This document shows positions 30,387 through 39,548 of a stretch of DNA of 64,000 nucleotides, piece after piece. The position numbers and the translations under genes were made by a program. The notes under the pieces were generated by a model. That model was not told where the DNA came from. It saw nothing but the letters and a program-made list of their open reading frames with translations, and searched no databases. Within the stretch, counting starts at the first letter, position 1. Every line of letters begins with the position of its first letter. The stretch is from an uncultured Parachlamydiaceae bacterium (GTDB lineage Bacteria > Chlamydiota > Chlamydiia > Chlamydiales > Parachlamydiaceae), in NCBI GenBank assembly GCA_963742415.1, contig CAVULX010000002.1, forward strand, positions 128,001 through 192,000, in the 5' to 3' direction.

Positions 30387-31415
30387 TTAAATCCAATTTG
30401 TCTCTTTTAGATGTTTCCAAGTTATTTCAATGTGATCTGGGTTGAATTTTCTTTTTTTCAAATCGTTCCATTTGTGTATTAAGTCTATAGCCTCGCTTAA
30501 ATCTTTGGCTTTGTGGCTTGAATGATGAACAATCCAGTGTACAGTAGTGAGTAATTCCAACCCGTATGGCGTTTCAAACCCTTCTATTAGGTTCTCTACC
30601 AATTTAAGACGAGCCAAGGCATCGGTATCATCCTTAAGAAATTCATTTGCTTCGTCTACTACATTGTTGACTAGCTTAATATCTGTATTAGGTTTTGGGT
30701 TGGCGCTATCAAATCCTCTAATAAAGTGACCCTCCATTGCACTTAAGGCCTTGTTTAAATTATTTGCAAAGGGACCATAGTGTCCTTGTTCAAATTTTAA
30801 CTTTAAGGGTTCTCCAGACTCTTGAAGCAAGTAGGCAAGCTTTTGAATTTCAAGAAGACTCAAAAGATATTGAAGTTCCTTGTAACGCCATATCAATTTG
30901 ATGAGCAACGCACGAGCTCTGGTTAGTCTTGGTTTTGTCATCTGCTCGTCAACAGTATTCTTATAAATATTTGGTTCAATGATTTTAAGTTCAACGTCTA
31001 CACCTTTGAATGTATCAATAATTAATTTACGTACATCTGGCCAATGCAATTTACCATTACCACATCCCAAGGGAGGAACTGCAATGGATTTAATCTTAAG
31101 CTGATTCACAATTCTAACAAGATCCTTTAAGCCTGATTGAATGTCTTCAATCTTTGAATTTTCTTTCCAGTGTCGTTTGGTGGGAAAATTTAGAATGAAT
31201 TTAGGGTTTTCTAAGAATCCAACTTCGTAAATAAAAATATGTCCTGGTCGGACTTTTCCTAAACAACAGGCTTTTTTGTAAGCATTGAAATTTTCTGGAA
31301 AAGCCTGTTTGAATTGTAGAGCAAGACCCTTACCCATAATCCCGACACAATTAACTGTATTGACTAATGCTTCTGCATCAATCTCGAAAATATTTTTATT
31401 AATGACTTCGTGCAT
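30387..31415 (-). CDS. darG: DarG antitoxin (macrodomain DNA ADP-ribosyl glycohydrolase)
   Basis: ALVNTVNCVGIMGKGLALQFK, NFPTKRHWK, PPLGCGNG; C-domain EIQKLAYLLQ, YGP, GFETPYGLELLTTVHW. Confidence 0.93.
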   Translation of the reverse strand: MHEVINKNIFEIDAEALVNTVNCVGIMGKGLALQFKQAFPENFNAYKKACCLGKVRPGHIFIYEVGFLENPKFILNFPTKRHWKENSKIEDIQSGLKDLVRIVNQLKIKSIAVPPLGCGNGKLHWPDVRKLIIDTFKGVDVELKIIEPNIYKNTVDEQMTKPRLTRARALLIKLIWRYKELQYLLSLLEIQKLAYLLQESGEPLKLKFEQGHYGPFANNLNKALSAMEGHFIRGFDSANPKPNTDIKLVNNVVDEANEFLKDDTDALARLKLVENLIEGFETPYGLELLTTVHWIVHHSSHKAKDLSEAIDLIHKWNDLKKRKFNPDHIEITWKHLKETNWI

Positions 31416-31417
31416 AA

Positions 31418-32056
31418 TTAGTAAAACCAACCCTTGATAACTCGCACAGGTACACGCAAATCAATAGGATAAGATTCCAAAATATTTACAACATGGCTTT
31501 CAATTAAAGGATTGATAACAACGATTCCCCGAATTTGCGACCAACTACAGAATTTATAAATTAGGCACTCTGCCTGCTTCCGTCGTTGTCTATCATTGTC
31601 CTCAGTTGTATCATTCCATTTTTTCTGATTGACTATTTTCCAATCAATTTTGTCAAGATCCTTAATATCGTCAAACCATTTCGTAACAGATTTGACACCG
31701 TGACCATCAGAAAAAACAAAGTCTCCTTTATTAAAATTTTCTATGTGTGAGACAAGATACATAATTGGGTCTTGCCCTTCATTATATCCTTTCACCTGTC
31801 CGCTAATTAACTTTAAGAGCATGGGTGAATGGGTGCCAAAATAAAAAGGCACATAGTCATGTAAGCATCCTTTGGGACCAACTTTGATTTCCTTAGCTTT
31901 TCGTTTTTTTTGGATTTCTACATCGTGGATAGGTTTATAATTTTGGCTATCCCTAGGTTCATGATTAGGGGCATGTAATCCCTTGCGATTAAGTAAGATT
32001 TTAAGGTTATCGATATGGATTATTCGGAAAATGCGTGTTTTTTTGGGTTTGTCCAT
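31418..32056 (-). CDS. darT: DarT toxin (DUF4433 DNA ADP-ribosyltransferase)
   Basis: HIDNL..L..GL, LHDYVPFYF..SPML, FSDGH, RRKQAECL (catalytic Glu present); 2 bp upstream of darG. Confidence 0.93.
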   Translation of the reverse strand: MDKPKKTRIFRIIHIDNLKILLNRKGLHAPNHEPRDSQNYKPIHDVEIQKKRKAKEIKVGPKGCLHDYVPFYFGTHSPMLLKLISGQVKGYNEGQDPIMYLVSHIENFNKGDFVFSDGHGVKSVTKWFDDIKDLDKIDWKIVNQKKWNDTTEDNDRQRRKQAECLIYKFCSWSQIRGIVVINPLIESHVVNILESYPIDLRVPVRVIKGWFY

Positions 32057-32278
32057 TCACTAAATTCGTAATGGGTGTTTTACTCGTGAGATACATTATT
32101 ATTAGACTGAGCCTTTTTTTCCAGCTAAATGCACCGCTAACGGTTTTTCACACTTTTGTCACAGCAAGGCTCAAAAATATTCTGTAATGGACAAAAAGCA
32201 GCAGCATTGTTAGGACTGCAACTTGCAAAGGATCATATTGTTAAATATTGCCCTTTGCTGTCAGTCTAGAGGTGTTTG

Positions 32279-32324
32279 GCATTCGTAATGCGAAGGTCGT
32301 CGGTTCGACTCCAGCTTTGGGCAA
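32279..32324 (+). repeat. att copy 3 (tRNA-Thr 3' fragment)
   Basis: 46 bp matching the tRNA 3' end with one mismatch (A at 32313). Confidence 0.95.
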
Positions 32325-32745
32325 TTAACTACTCAACTACTTACGTCGCGGTTAACCTTCTTATTCGGGAGCATGTCAGAAAAATGTCAGGATTATACAA
32401 ATCGTTATAGTGTAAGATCCATTCATTCCAAATCGTCAAATCTGCGTAGGAATCAGGGTTTGGTCAGCCTATGTATATCTTTGCGCAAGGCTCTTTCAAG
32501 TCGGCTTACTTTTTCTTTGATGGCGGGTCTCTCAGATGGCTTTAGAGGTTTATTCTTTAAGAGGTTTTGTTCAGCAGCGATATTTTGAAGAAGAAAATCA
32601 ACGACTAATTAAATTGGTTCTAATTTCTTATACCCTGAATCGCAATCGTCTGGATGAGTATGTGAATTATATTTATTTCTTGACATTCAGCGTGATTTTT
32701 GAGATGTGAAAGTACATGTTGCTAAGTTATGCAGGAGGAACTAAC

Positions 32746-34710
32746 ATGCGCCGACAAGCCAGTTTACTATCTTCTATTGGAATAGCCGTTTTATTGCCGA
32801 GCATGGCACTTTTTGGCTGGTTGATTCCTAGCAAAATAGACACAAGCCTTGCACTGGAAACTTCACAATCAACTCCTAAGTCTGCGGATCATGCCCAGTC
32901 CTATTCTCCTTATGTCGATCTTCGCTATCCCACACATGTCTATTGGGGCGAAACACATTTGCATACTGCCTATTCACCCGATGCTGGGTTAGTGGGGACG
33001 CGCTTGGACCCTGATGAGGCCTTCCGCTTTGCACGCGGCGAAGAGCTGAAGTCTTCTACGGGGCAACCTGTACGCCTAGAACGTCCCTACGACTGGATGG
33101 TCGTCTCCGACCATTCCGAATATTTAGGCCTCCCGCAAGCTCTAGCCGAAGAAAACCCCGTTATCATGAACACAGAGTCTGGGAAGAGGTGGGCTGCAGC
33201 CCTTAAGCAGGGGGGTGAGGCAGGTTATAAAGCATTTGTGGAGCTTACTGCCGAATTTGCCAAAGCCCAGCCCAGTGTTCCTCGCGATGCCCTCACGAAA
33301 TTGGTTCAAAGCACTTGGGAACGTTCGATAGCAGCTGCTGAGAAAAACAATATTCCCGGTTTATTCTCTGCTTTCATCGGGTACGAGTGGACCCAGTCGC
33401 TCGATGGAGACAATCTCCATCGTACTGTGGTCTTTCGAGATGGCAGCGACAAAATCAAACAAATCTTGCCTTTTTCAGAGTTCGATGGAGTAAATCCAAT
33501 GGCTCTATGGGGTTACTTATCCGATTATGAGAAGAAAACGGGGGGCAGAGCTTTGACGATCGCTCATAACTCTAACCTCTCAGCTGGGCTCATGTTTAAC
33601 TCAAAGTCGGAAACGGGAAAGTACATAGATGTTGCTTACGCTAAGATGCGATCTCGCTTCGAACCACTGGTTGAAGTTACCCAATCGAAAGGCGATAGCG
33701 AGACGACCCCCCAATTGTCTCCTGATGATCAGTTTGCCAATTTTGAGCGATGGAACAAAGCCAATATCTTTGGATTGGTAGCGACCACAGAAGAAATGCT
33801 CCCCTATAATTATGTTCGCTCAGCTCTCAGACTGGGTCTTGAGCACGAAGCAAAATTAGGGGTCAACCCTTTCAAAGTGGGTATGATCGGCGCTAGCGAT
33901 GAACATACTGGATTATCCACAACCCGAGCAGAGAACTACTTCGGCGTAGCTGGTATCGATGAGCCAAAACCCGATCGTTGGAAGGAACTCTTCATGAAAT
34001 CAGAAGTCTCTCCCGATCTTAACGTGTATATGTGGGAGATGCTGCCAGGAGGGCTGACCGGTGTGTGGGCGCAAAAGAACACACGTGAAAGCATCTGGGA
34101 TGCGCTTTATCGCCGTGAAGTCTATGCTACAACAGGCACACGGCCTACAATTAGGGTGTTTGGAGGTTGGGACTTTAAGAAAGAAGATATACAGAAACCG
34201 GACCAAGAATGGGTGCAGCAAGGTTATGCACGTGGTGTCCCCATGGGTGGCGAATTAACGAATTCATCACAAAGTAAAGCTCCAACCTTCATGCTCAAGG
34301 CAGCCTATGATCCCGATGGTGCTTTTCTCGACCGTATCCAGATTGTTAAGGGCTGGCTTGATAGCAAAGGCGCGACACATGAAAAGGTATTCGATGTTGC
34401 ATGGTCAGGGGATCGCAAGCCCGATCCTATCACATATCAAGTGCCTTTGGTAGGAAGCACAGTGGATGTCAAAAATGCAACTTGGACGAATGCGATTGGC
34501 GCACCGTTATTGTTAGGCTTTTGGCAGGATCCCGACTTTGATCCAACGCTTTTTGCATTTTACTATGTGCGTGTGATTGAAATCCCTACACCGCGATGGA
34601 CAGCCTATGACGTCAAACGATTTGGTGTAAAGATGGATAAGGATGTCCCCATGATAGTCACCAACCGTGCCTATACATCACCCATTTGGTATAGCCCGGC
34701 AAAGAAATAA
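32746..34710 (+). CDS. DUF3604 domain (PHP-like metallo-hydrolase) exported protein
   Basis: VYWGETHLHTAYSPDA, VSDHSE, GYEWT, NLHR, AHNSN, SDEHTG, EIPTPRW; AGGAGG RBS. Confidence 0.85.
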   Translation: MRRQASLLSSIGIAVLLPSMALFGWLIPSKIDTSLALETSQSTPKSADHAQSYSPYVDLRYPTHVYWGETHLHTAYSPDAGLVGTRLDPDEAFRFARGEELKSSTGQPVRLERPYDWMVVSDHSEYLGLPQALAEENPVIMNTESGKRWAAALKQGGEAGYKAFVELTAEFAKAQPSVPRDALTKLVQSTWERSIAAAEKNNIPGLFSAFIGYEWTQSLDGDNLHRTVVFRDGSDKIKQILPFSEFDGVNPMALWGYLSDYEKKTGGRALTIAHNSNLSAGLMFNSKSETGKYIDVAYAKMRSRFEPLVEVTQSKGDSETTPQLSPDDQFANFERWNKANIFGLVATTEEMLPYNYVRSALRLGLEHEAKLGVNPFKVGMIGASDEHTGLSTTRAENYFGVAGIDEPKPDRWKELFMKSEVSPDLNVYMWEMLPGGLTGVWAQKNTRESIWDALYRREVYATTGTRPTIRVFGGWDFKKEDIQKPDQEWVQQGYARGVPMGGELTNSSQSKAPTFMLKAAYDPDGAFLDRIQIVKGWLDSKGATHEKVFDVAWSGDRKPDPITYQVPLVGSTVDVKNATWTNAIGAPLLLGFWQDPDFDPTLFAFYYVRVIEIPTPRWTAYDVKRFGVKMDKDVPMIVTNRAYTSPIWYSPAKK

Positions 34711-34714
34711 CATT

Positions 34715-35080
34715 ATGATGGTGCAGATCATTCTTGCTTTTGCAGCAATTATAGAATTACTGACTGGAGCGCTTCTCTTAATTTACCCTGAAATTGTTAT
34801 TAGACTATTATTTGATGCGTCCATTGTTGGAACCGGAATCATCATCAGTCGCATCGCAGGAGTCAGTCTGATTGCATTAGGAATGGCGTGTTGGCCCTAT
34901 TCTATTGTTAAGAAAGCCTTCCAAGGTCTTACAGCCATGTTGACTTATAGCCTCATCGCAACGATTTATCTTGGTTATCTTGGTCTATTTGGAGAAATGA
35001 TAGGCATTTTGTTATGGCCAGCCGTTATCTTCCATTCTACAATCGCAATTTTTCTAGTTTTGGGATTATTCAAGAGGTAG
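34715..35080 (+). CDS. Small 4-TM membrane protein
   Basis: ELLTGALLL.P, GILLWPAVIFH; directly follows the DUF3604 gene. Confidence 0.75.
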   Translation: MMVQIILAFAAIIELLTGALLLIYPEIVIRLLFDASIVGTGIIISRIAGVSLIALGMACWPYSIVKKAFQGLTAMLTYSLIATIYLGYLGLFGEMIGILLWPAVIFHSTIAIFLVLGLFKR

Positions 35081-35502
35081 ACGAATGAGTTTACTGGCAT
35101 TCAGTCACTGGGGTATAGAACAGAAAGCTGATCAGCTTAACTGCGTTTAAGGAGAAGAAAAATAGTTTAAAGAATTATTTTCATAAAATATATTTTGGAT
35201 AATTTCCTTTACAAGTTTTTTGTAGTTCTCTTGTTCTCGTTCTGGAATTAATGTATAACGATAAATGTTAACATTTCGATCAAATAAACTGCCTACAAGT
35301 ACACGAGTCTGAATATTTTTCTTTGCATCAAAATCTGGGTTTAAGCAGTTTTCTTGAAATTTCGCTATAGTTGCATGAATGTCTGTATTTTGTTCTGGAT
35401 GTAAAAATCCTCCAGATATAGAAAAATAAAGGTAATTTTCTATATTTTCTTTGGGAATAAAAATTTGGTTAATAATACCTTCATTTGTTTTAGGAGCAGA
35501 AT

Positions 35503-35949
35503 CTACTCAAAGTCAAAAAGGATTTTAAATAAATCAAGCGAAAATTCTTTGCTCAAACAGTGATTAGGATCTATATCTGGTCCAAAAATTCCACGAGAAG
35601 GCTCATTAGAAATATCTTCTTTATTTAATTCTTTTGTCCTTGCTTGCATTAAGGATTCAGTCATAGGGTGCAAAACTCCAAGAACAAGAGCTTGATCAGC
35701 ACCACTGTCCAAAATAGCGTGAACGACTGCCGCTATTTGATAGCCGCATTGACTTAAAAATGTGTGAGGAAAAACAGCCGCACCTCCAGCGTTCAAAGTA
35801 TGTGCCAATTCTGTTCCCCACCTTTTTCCCTTATCCAGAATAGCAATCATCCCTTCAACGCCAAGACTTTTTGGTTCGTTGTAGTACTGATCAAAAGCGT
35901 TAGGTTTTGGCTTTTTGGCGCTCAAAAAGGGGTATATTCGCTTTGGCAT
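35503..35949 (-). pseudogene. Truncated N-terminal fragment, possibly MEMO1/AmmeMemoRadiSam-B-like
   Basis: VFPHTFL..CG.QIAA..D.ALVLGVLH pattern; ends abruptly and is followed by broken frames. Confidence 0.4.
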
Positions 35950-36054
35950 AGAAATCCTCTCTTAAATTCAAGAAGATCAATTATACGCCATCTGATCGAT
36001 TTTTCACATTTTTGTCACAGCAAACCTCAAAAATATTCTGTAATAAACAAAAAG

Positions 36055-36145
36055 CAACAACAAGCCATCGCGGCTGCACTTAGCGACATCGATCCACTAA
36101 TTATGAGTCTCGACCAACTCATTGCTAAGAAGCGTAAGATTAAGC
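36055..36145 (+). pseudogene. Type I restriction-modification specificity subunit (HsdS) fragment
   Basis: QQQAIAAALSDIDPLIMSLDQLIAKKRKIK matches the HsdS conserved coiled-coil spacer pattern. Confidence 0.65.
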
Positions 36146-36203
36146 TGACAATAACCCACTAAGTATGAGAAAGTGCGTTGAAAAAGAGAGTTAAAGGTTT
36201 AAT

Positions 36204-37361
36204 ATGAGCTTTTTTGATCAAAAACAGCCTTCTTTTCCTAAGGCAGCCATTTCAGATTATCGAGCAATAGCAGTTAAACGATTGCCAAGACAGCTTTTTG
36301 ATTTTCTTGAAGGAGGTGCTTTTGATGAAATAACAATCCAGAAGAACAGAGAGGATTTCCAACGAATACAACTAAAGAGAAGAGTGCTGAAAGATGTTTC
36401 AAGTCTTGACATGACAACTGAAGTGCTCGGACAAAAATTCAGTTTCCCATTGGCTTTAGCTCCTGTTGGTTTTGCAGGTGTGTATGGAAGAAGAGGAGAA
36501 GTGCAGGCAGCAAGAGCTGCAGCAAAAGCTCAAATTCCATTCAGCTTATCGACTGTTAGTATTTGCTCTATTGAAGAAGTTGCTCGAAATTCTTCGGCCC
36601 CTTTCTGGTTTCAGTTTTACATGTTCAAAGATCGCCACAACTCTCTCGAGCTTCTACAAAGAGCTCAGAACGCAGGTTGTCCTCTATTGCTTTTGACAGT
36701 AGACCTTCCTATAGCGGGTGCCAGATATCGTTATCATAGAAACAGATACGCTCCAAGCTTTATAAATTTTTTCAAAGAGATGATGCATCTTAGATGGTGG
36801 ATAGATGTTCGTCTCAACGGCGGCCCCCTTACTGTTGGTAATTTGCCAATGAAAGCTCCATTAATGACTGATTTGCCGAGTATGCGTAAATGGATGGGCA
36901 GCCAAATAAGCCAAAGTCTGACTTGGAAAGATTTTGAATGGATTCGTGCTAATTGGAAAGGCAAAATTTTGATTAAAGGGATTTTAGAAGCAGAAGATGC
37001 TCTGATGGCCCAAAAAGTTGGTGCCGATGGAATTGTCGTATCAAATCATGGCGGTAGGCATATTGACAGTACTTCTTCAACAATTGCAGCTCTTCCAAAA
37101 ATCCGAGAGGCAATCACAGGTGATTTAAAATTATTTATCGATGGAGGAATCTCTAGTGGCCTTGATATTTTTAAAGCCCTTGCATTGGGGGCTGATGCCT
37201 GTATGATTGGTAAACCATGGATCTATGGTCTTGCAACAAGAGGTGAAGCGGGTATAAATGAAATACTGAATATTTTGCAAAAGGAGTTAAAGATAGCAAT
37301 GACTCATTTTGGTACCCCATCAATCAGTGATATTATGAATTTTTCACATTCCAAAAACTAA
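36204..37361 (+). CDS. lldD: FMN-dependent L-lactate dehydrogenase / alpha-hydroxy acid oxidase
   Basis: DFLEGGAFDE, LAPVG, WFQFY, LTVD, IKGI, VSNHGGRH, DGGI. Confidence 0.88.
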   Translation: MSFFDQKQPSFPKAAISDYRAIAVKRLPRQLFDFLEGGAFDEITIQKNREDFQRIQLKRRVLKDVSSLDMTTEVLGQKFSFPLALAPVGFAGVYGRRGEVQAARAAAKAQIPFSLSTVSICSIEEVARNSSAPFWFQFYMFKDRHNSLELLQRAQNAGCPLLLLTVDLPIAGARYRYHRNRYAPSFINFFKEMMHLRWWIDVRLNGGPLTVGNLPMKAPLMTDLPSMRKWMGSQISQSLTWKDFEWIRANWKGKILIKGILEAEDALMAQKVGADGIVVSNHGGRHIDSTSSTIAALPKIREAITGDLKLFIDGGISSGLDIFKALALGADACMIGKPWIYGLATRGEAGINEILNILQKELKIAMTHFGTPSISDIMNFSHSKN

Positions 37362-37631
37362 CAGCAGATTCATTCATTTCCTAATTGAATCTTTATAACC
37401 TGCACTTTGGGTTTATAAGAGTTGGAAAGAGGTGCGTCCCATACGCCAAGACCCAATGGAAGCAAGTTGCATAAAGTTACAAAAATGCAGTCAACGAGCT
37501 ATCTTCTTTTTTACAATTTCAAGCTGCTGCTTTCGAATAACTAGCCTAGGATCTTTTAAAACTATCTCTTCTCCTTGGCATTGGCGTTGGATAATCTTTT
37601 TGAAGAAGAAAAGCTCGAAAGTGGATTGTCT

Positions 37632-38831
37632 TTACATACCCCTTTCAGAAAGCGTTTCTGAACGAATATTACGAAAATATTCAGCGGCGTTATTAGACTC
37701 TTGAACCGCAATTCTCGCTCTAGCAAACATCTGACATTCAAAATCTTCCATTAATCTAGACCAGTCAATAGGTTTTGAGGAGAAAGCTAGTAAACTTGAT
37801 AATAATCTAGCATCTTCGAGTACATTGTTTCCGCCTAATCCCCTATCTGGGGGCATGGCATGAGCTGAATCCCCAATAAGAGTAACTCTACCAGACGGAA
37901 CCATAGGATATCGGTTAAGGTCTGAAAATTGAGTTGTTCGTATAAGCCAAGGAGCCATCATCGCTTCTGCAGGAGTATCATATACTAGTTTTTTCAAATT
38001 CTCATGCCAAGGTTCATTTCTCATTACCTGCTTACAATGTTCTAATAGTCGCTCACGACATTCCAATCCCTGACCAAACTGATACCAAGGAGCGGTGCGA
38101 TCTTCTATTTCCTCTGAAAGTGCCCAGTACACCGTAGGACTTCTATCAGCTCGTTCTGAAAAACATACACCTAGAGCATGAGAATTAGGTCCCACATAGC
38201 GAACCATTCCCATTTTGTTTAGGGGAAGAAGCGTGTCCCATTCTGGTGTGCGGTCAATCTGACCTCCCAACGCGGCATGAGTACCATCAATCACTTTTGG
38301 AATCGATCCAAGGTTATTTCCATAAACTGAAGGTAAGAGTCCTCTTACAGTTGATGTTCCTCCATCGCATCCAACAAGCAATTCTCCAGTGGCAGACGAG
38401 CCATCTTCAAAATGAGCAATCACTTGATCGCCATTATCTTCAAACATGACGAGACGCTTATTCCACTGAATATTGATCCCTTCTTTCAAAACTTTCCTAA
38501 GTTCTGAACGAAGAAACTCGACCACAGCCTCTTGTCCCGATGGAATCTTAAAAAGAGGGTCCATTTTTTCATTCGCACAGGTGAATCCGTTACCCACATT
38601 AGTAACTTTGGCTAGAGATAGACGATTTATTTGTTCAGGGGTTAGTAATGCAGTCAATGCGGTCATTCCAAGAGATCGAATTGAAATCCGATATCCTTGA
38701 GGTCTACTTGTAGGACTTTGGTCCCTTTCAAAGACTGAAACTTTGTATCCAGCTTTGACAAGCCCTTGAGCCAGAGCTAACCCACCAAGTCCCGCTCCAA
38801 TAATCAATATTGATGATCTTTGAGCTTGCAT
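37632..38831 (-). CDS. FAD-dependent monooxygenase (class A flavoprotein)
   Basis: IIGAGLGGL, VGCDG, TLIGDSAHAMPP..GLGGN..LEDA. Confidence 0.9.
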   Translation of the reverse strand: MQAQRSSILIIGAGLGGLALAQGLVKAGYKVSVFERDQSPTSRPQGYRISIRSLGMTALTALLTPEQINRLSLAKVTNVGNGFTCANEKMDPLFKIPSGQEAVVEFLRSELRKVLKEGINIQWNKRLVMFEDNGDQVIAHFEDGSSATGELLVGCDGGTSTVRGLLPSVYGNNLGSIPKVIDGTHAALGGQIDRTPEWDTLLPLNKMGMVRYVGPNSHALGVCFSERADRSPTVYWALSEEIEDRTAPWYQFGQGLECRERLLEHCKQVMRNEPWHENLKKLVYDTPAEAMMAPWLIRTTQFSDLNRYPMVPSGRVTLIGDSAHAMPPDRGLGGNNVLEDARLLSSLLAFSSKPIDWSRLMEDFECQMFARARIAVQESNNAAEYFRNIRSETLSERGM

Positions 38832-38835
38832 TTGG

Positions 38836-39390
38836 TTACCTTTTTTCTAATTTATCATATTGCTTTAAAGAACTCTCACACCATTCTAAAGCAGATTTCA
38901 ATTGCTTTATTCCAAAGTCCAAAGTCATTAGCCAATAGGGAAACCCTGGCTCATTTTTTTCTAAAAGCAATTTATTTTTGATGTTTTGGTAAATTTTATC
39001 TTTTTCTAAAAGCATTTGATGAAATTCTTGTATGTGTCTTCGTGTCGTCGATGGGGGAACAAACTCTCCAAAGAATAGCTTAAGCAAAAGTTCATTACGA
39101 AATTGTTCATTCTCCACCCGCTTGTTCATCCAATCTTGTAGTTCTTTTTTTCCTTTCATTGTTAATTCGTAAACATCCCTCTGGCGTCCGCTTTTTGATG
39201 GATTTTTGCACAGCACAATAAGTCCTTCATTGATAAGAGTCCTTAGAACGGGATAAATAGAACTATAAGTTTCTTTCCAAAAATATTGAGTGCTCCCTTC
39301 CATCAACTTTTTAATGTCATAACCGGAACTTTTTGGAGCTACAGCCAACATTCCCATGATTGCAAATCTGCTCTTGTTACTTTTAGCCAT
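38836..39390 (-). CDS. PadR/AphA-family transcriptional regulator
   Basis: SGYDIKK..FW..YSSIYPVL, YELT..GK.EL..W, LLLKLFF; GGAG RBS. Confidence 0.92.
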   Translation of the reverse strand: MAKSNKSRFAIMGMLAVAPKSSGYDIKKLMEGSTQYFWKETYSSIYPVLRTLINEGLIVLCKNPSKSGRQRDVYELTMKGKKELQDWMNKRVENEQFRNELLLKLFFGEFVPPSTTRRHIQEFHQMLLEKDKIYQNIKNKLLLEKNEPGFPYWLMTLDFGIKQLKSALEWCESSLKQYDKLEKR

Positions 39391-39408
39391 GTTTTTACTC
39401 CTGTTTAC

Positions 39409-39440
39409 ATATACCATATTGATATATCATACTGATATAT
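39409..39440. promoter_or_regulatory. Putative PadR operator (two overlapping palindromes)
   Basis: ATATATCA-TAC-TGATATAT (39422-39440) overlapping ATATACCA-TAT-TGATATAT (39409-39427). Confidence 0.7.
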
Positions 39441-39548
39441 TTTTACGCAAGAAAAAGTTCTTTTATACCTTCTATGACTAGTTAAAAAATGTTACAGTTG
39501 AAAAATTATCCCCCTTGACCCTCTGTCGTTGAAGTTCTATTTCTATAA

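Larger units (their letters stand above)
29051..32324. mobile_element. Cassette 2: integrase-free mini-island carrying darTG
   Basis: Bounded by att copies 2 and 3; left arm 29051-29129 and right arm 32144-32206 are homologous to the arms of cassette 3. Confidence 0.85.
32325..36062. mobile_element. Cassette 3: integrase-free mini-island with its right att core missing
   Basis: Left arm 32325-32403 resembles 29051-29129; right arm 36000-36062 matches 32144-32206 at 56/63 by manual count. Confidence 0.75.
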
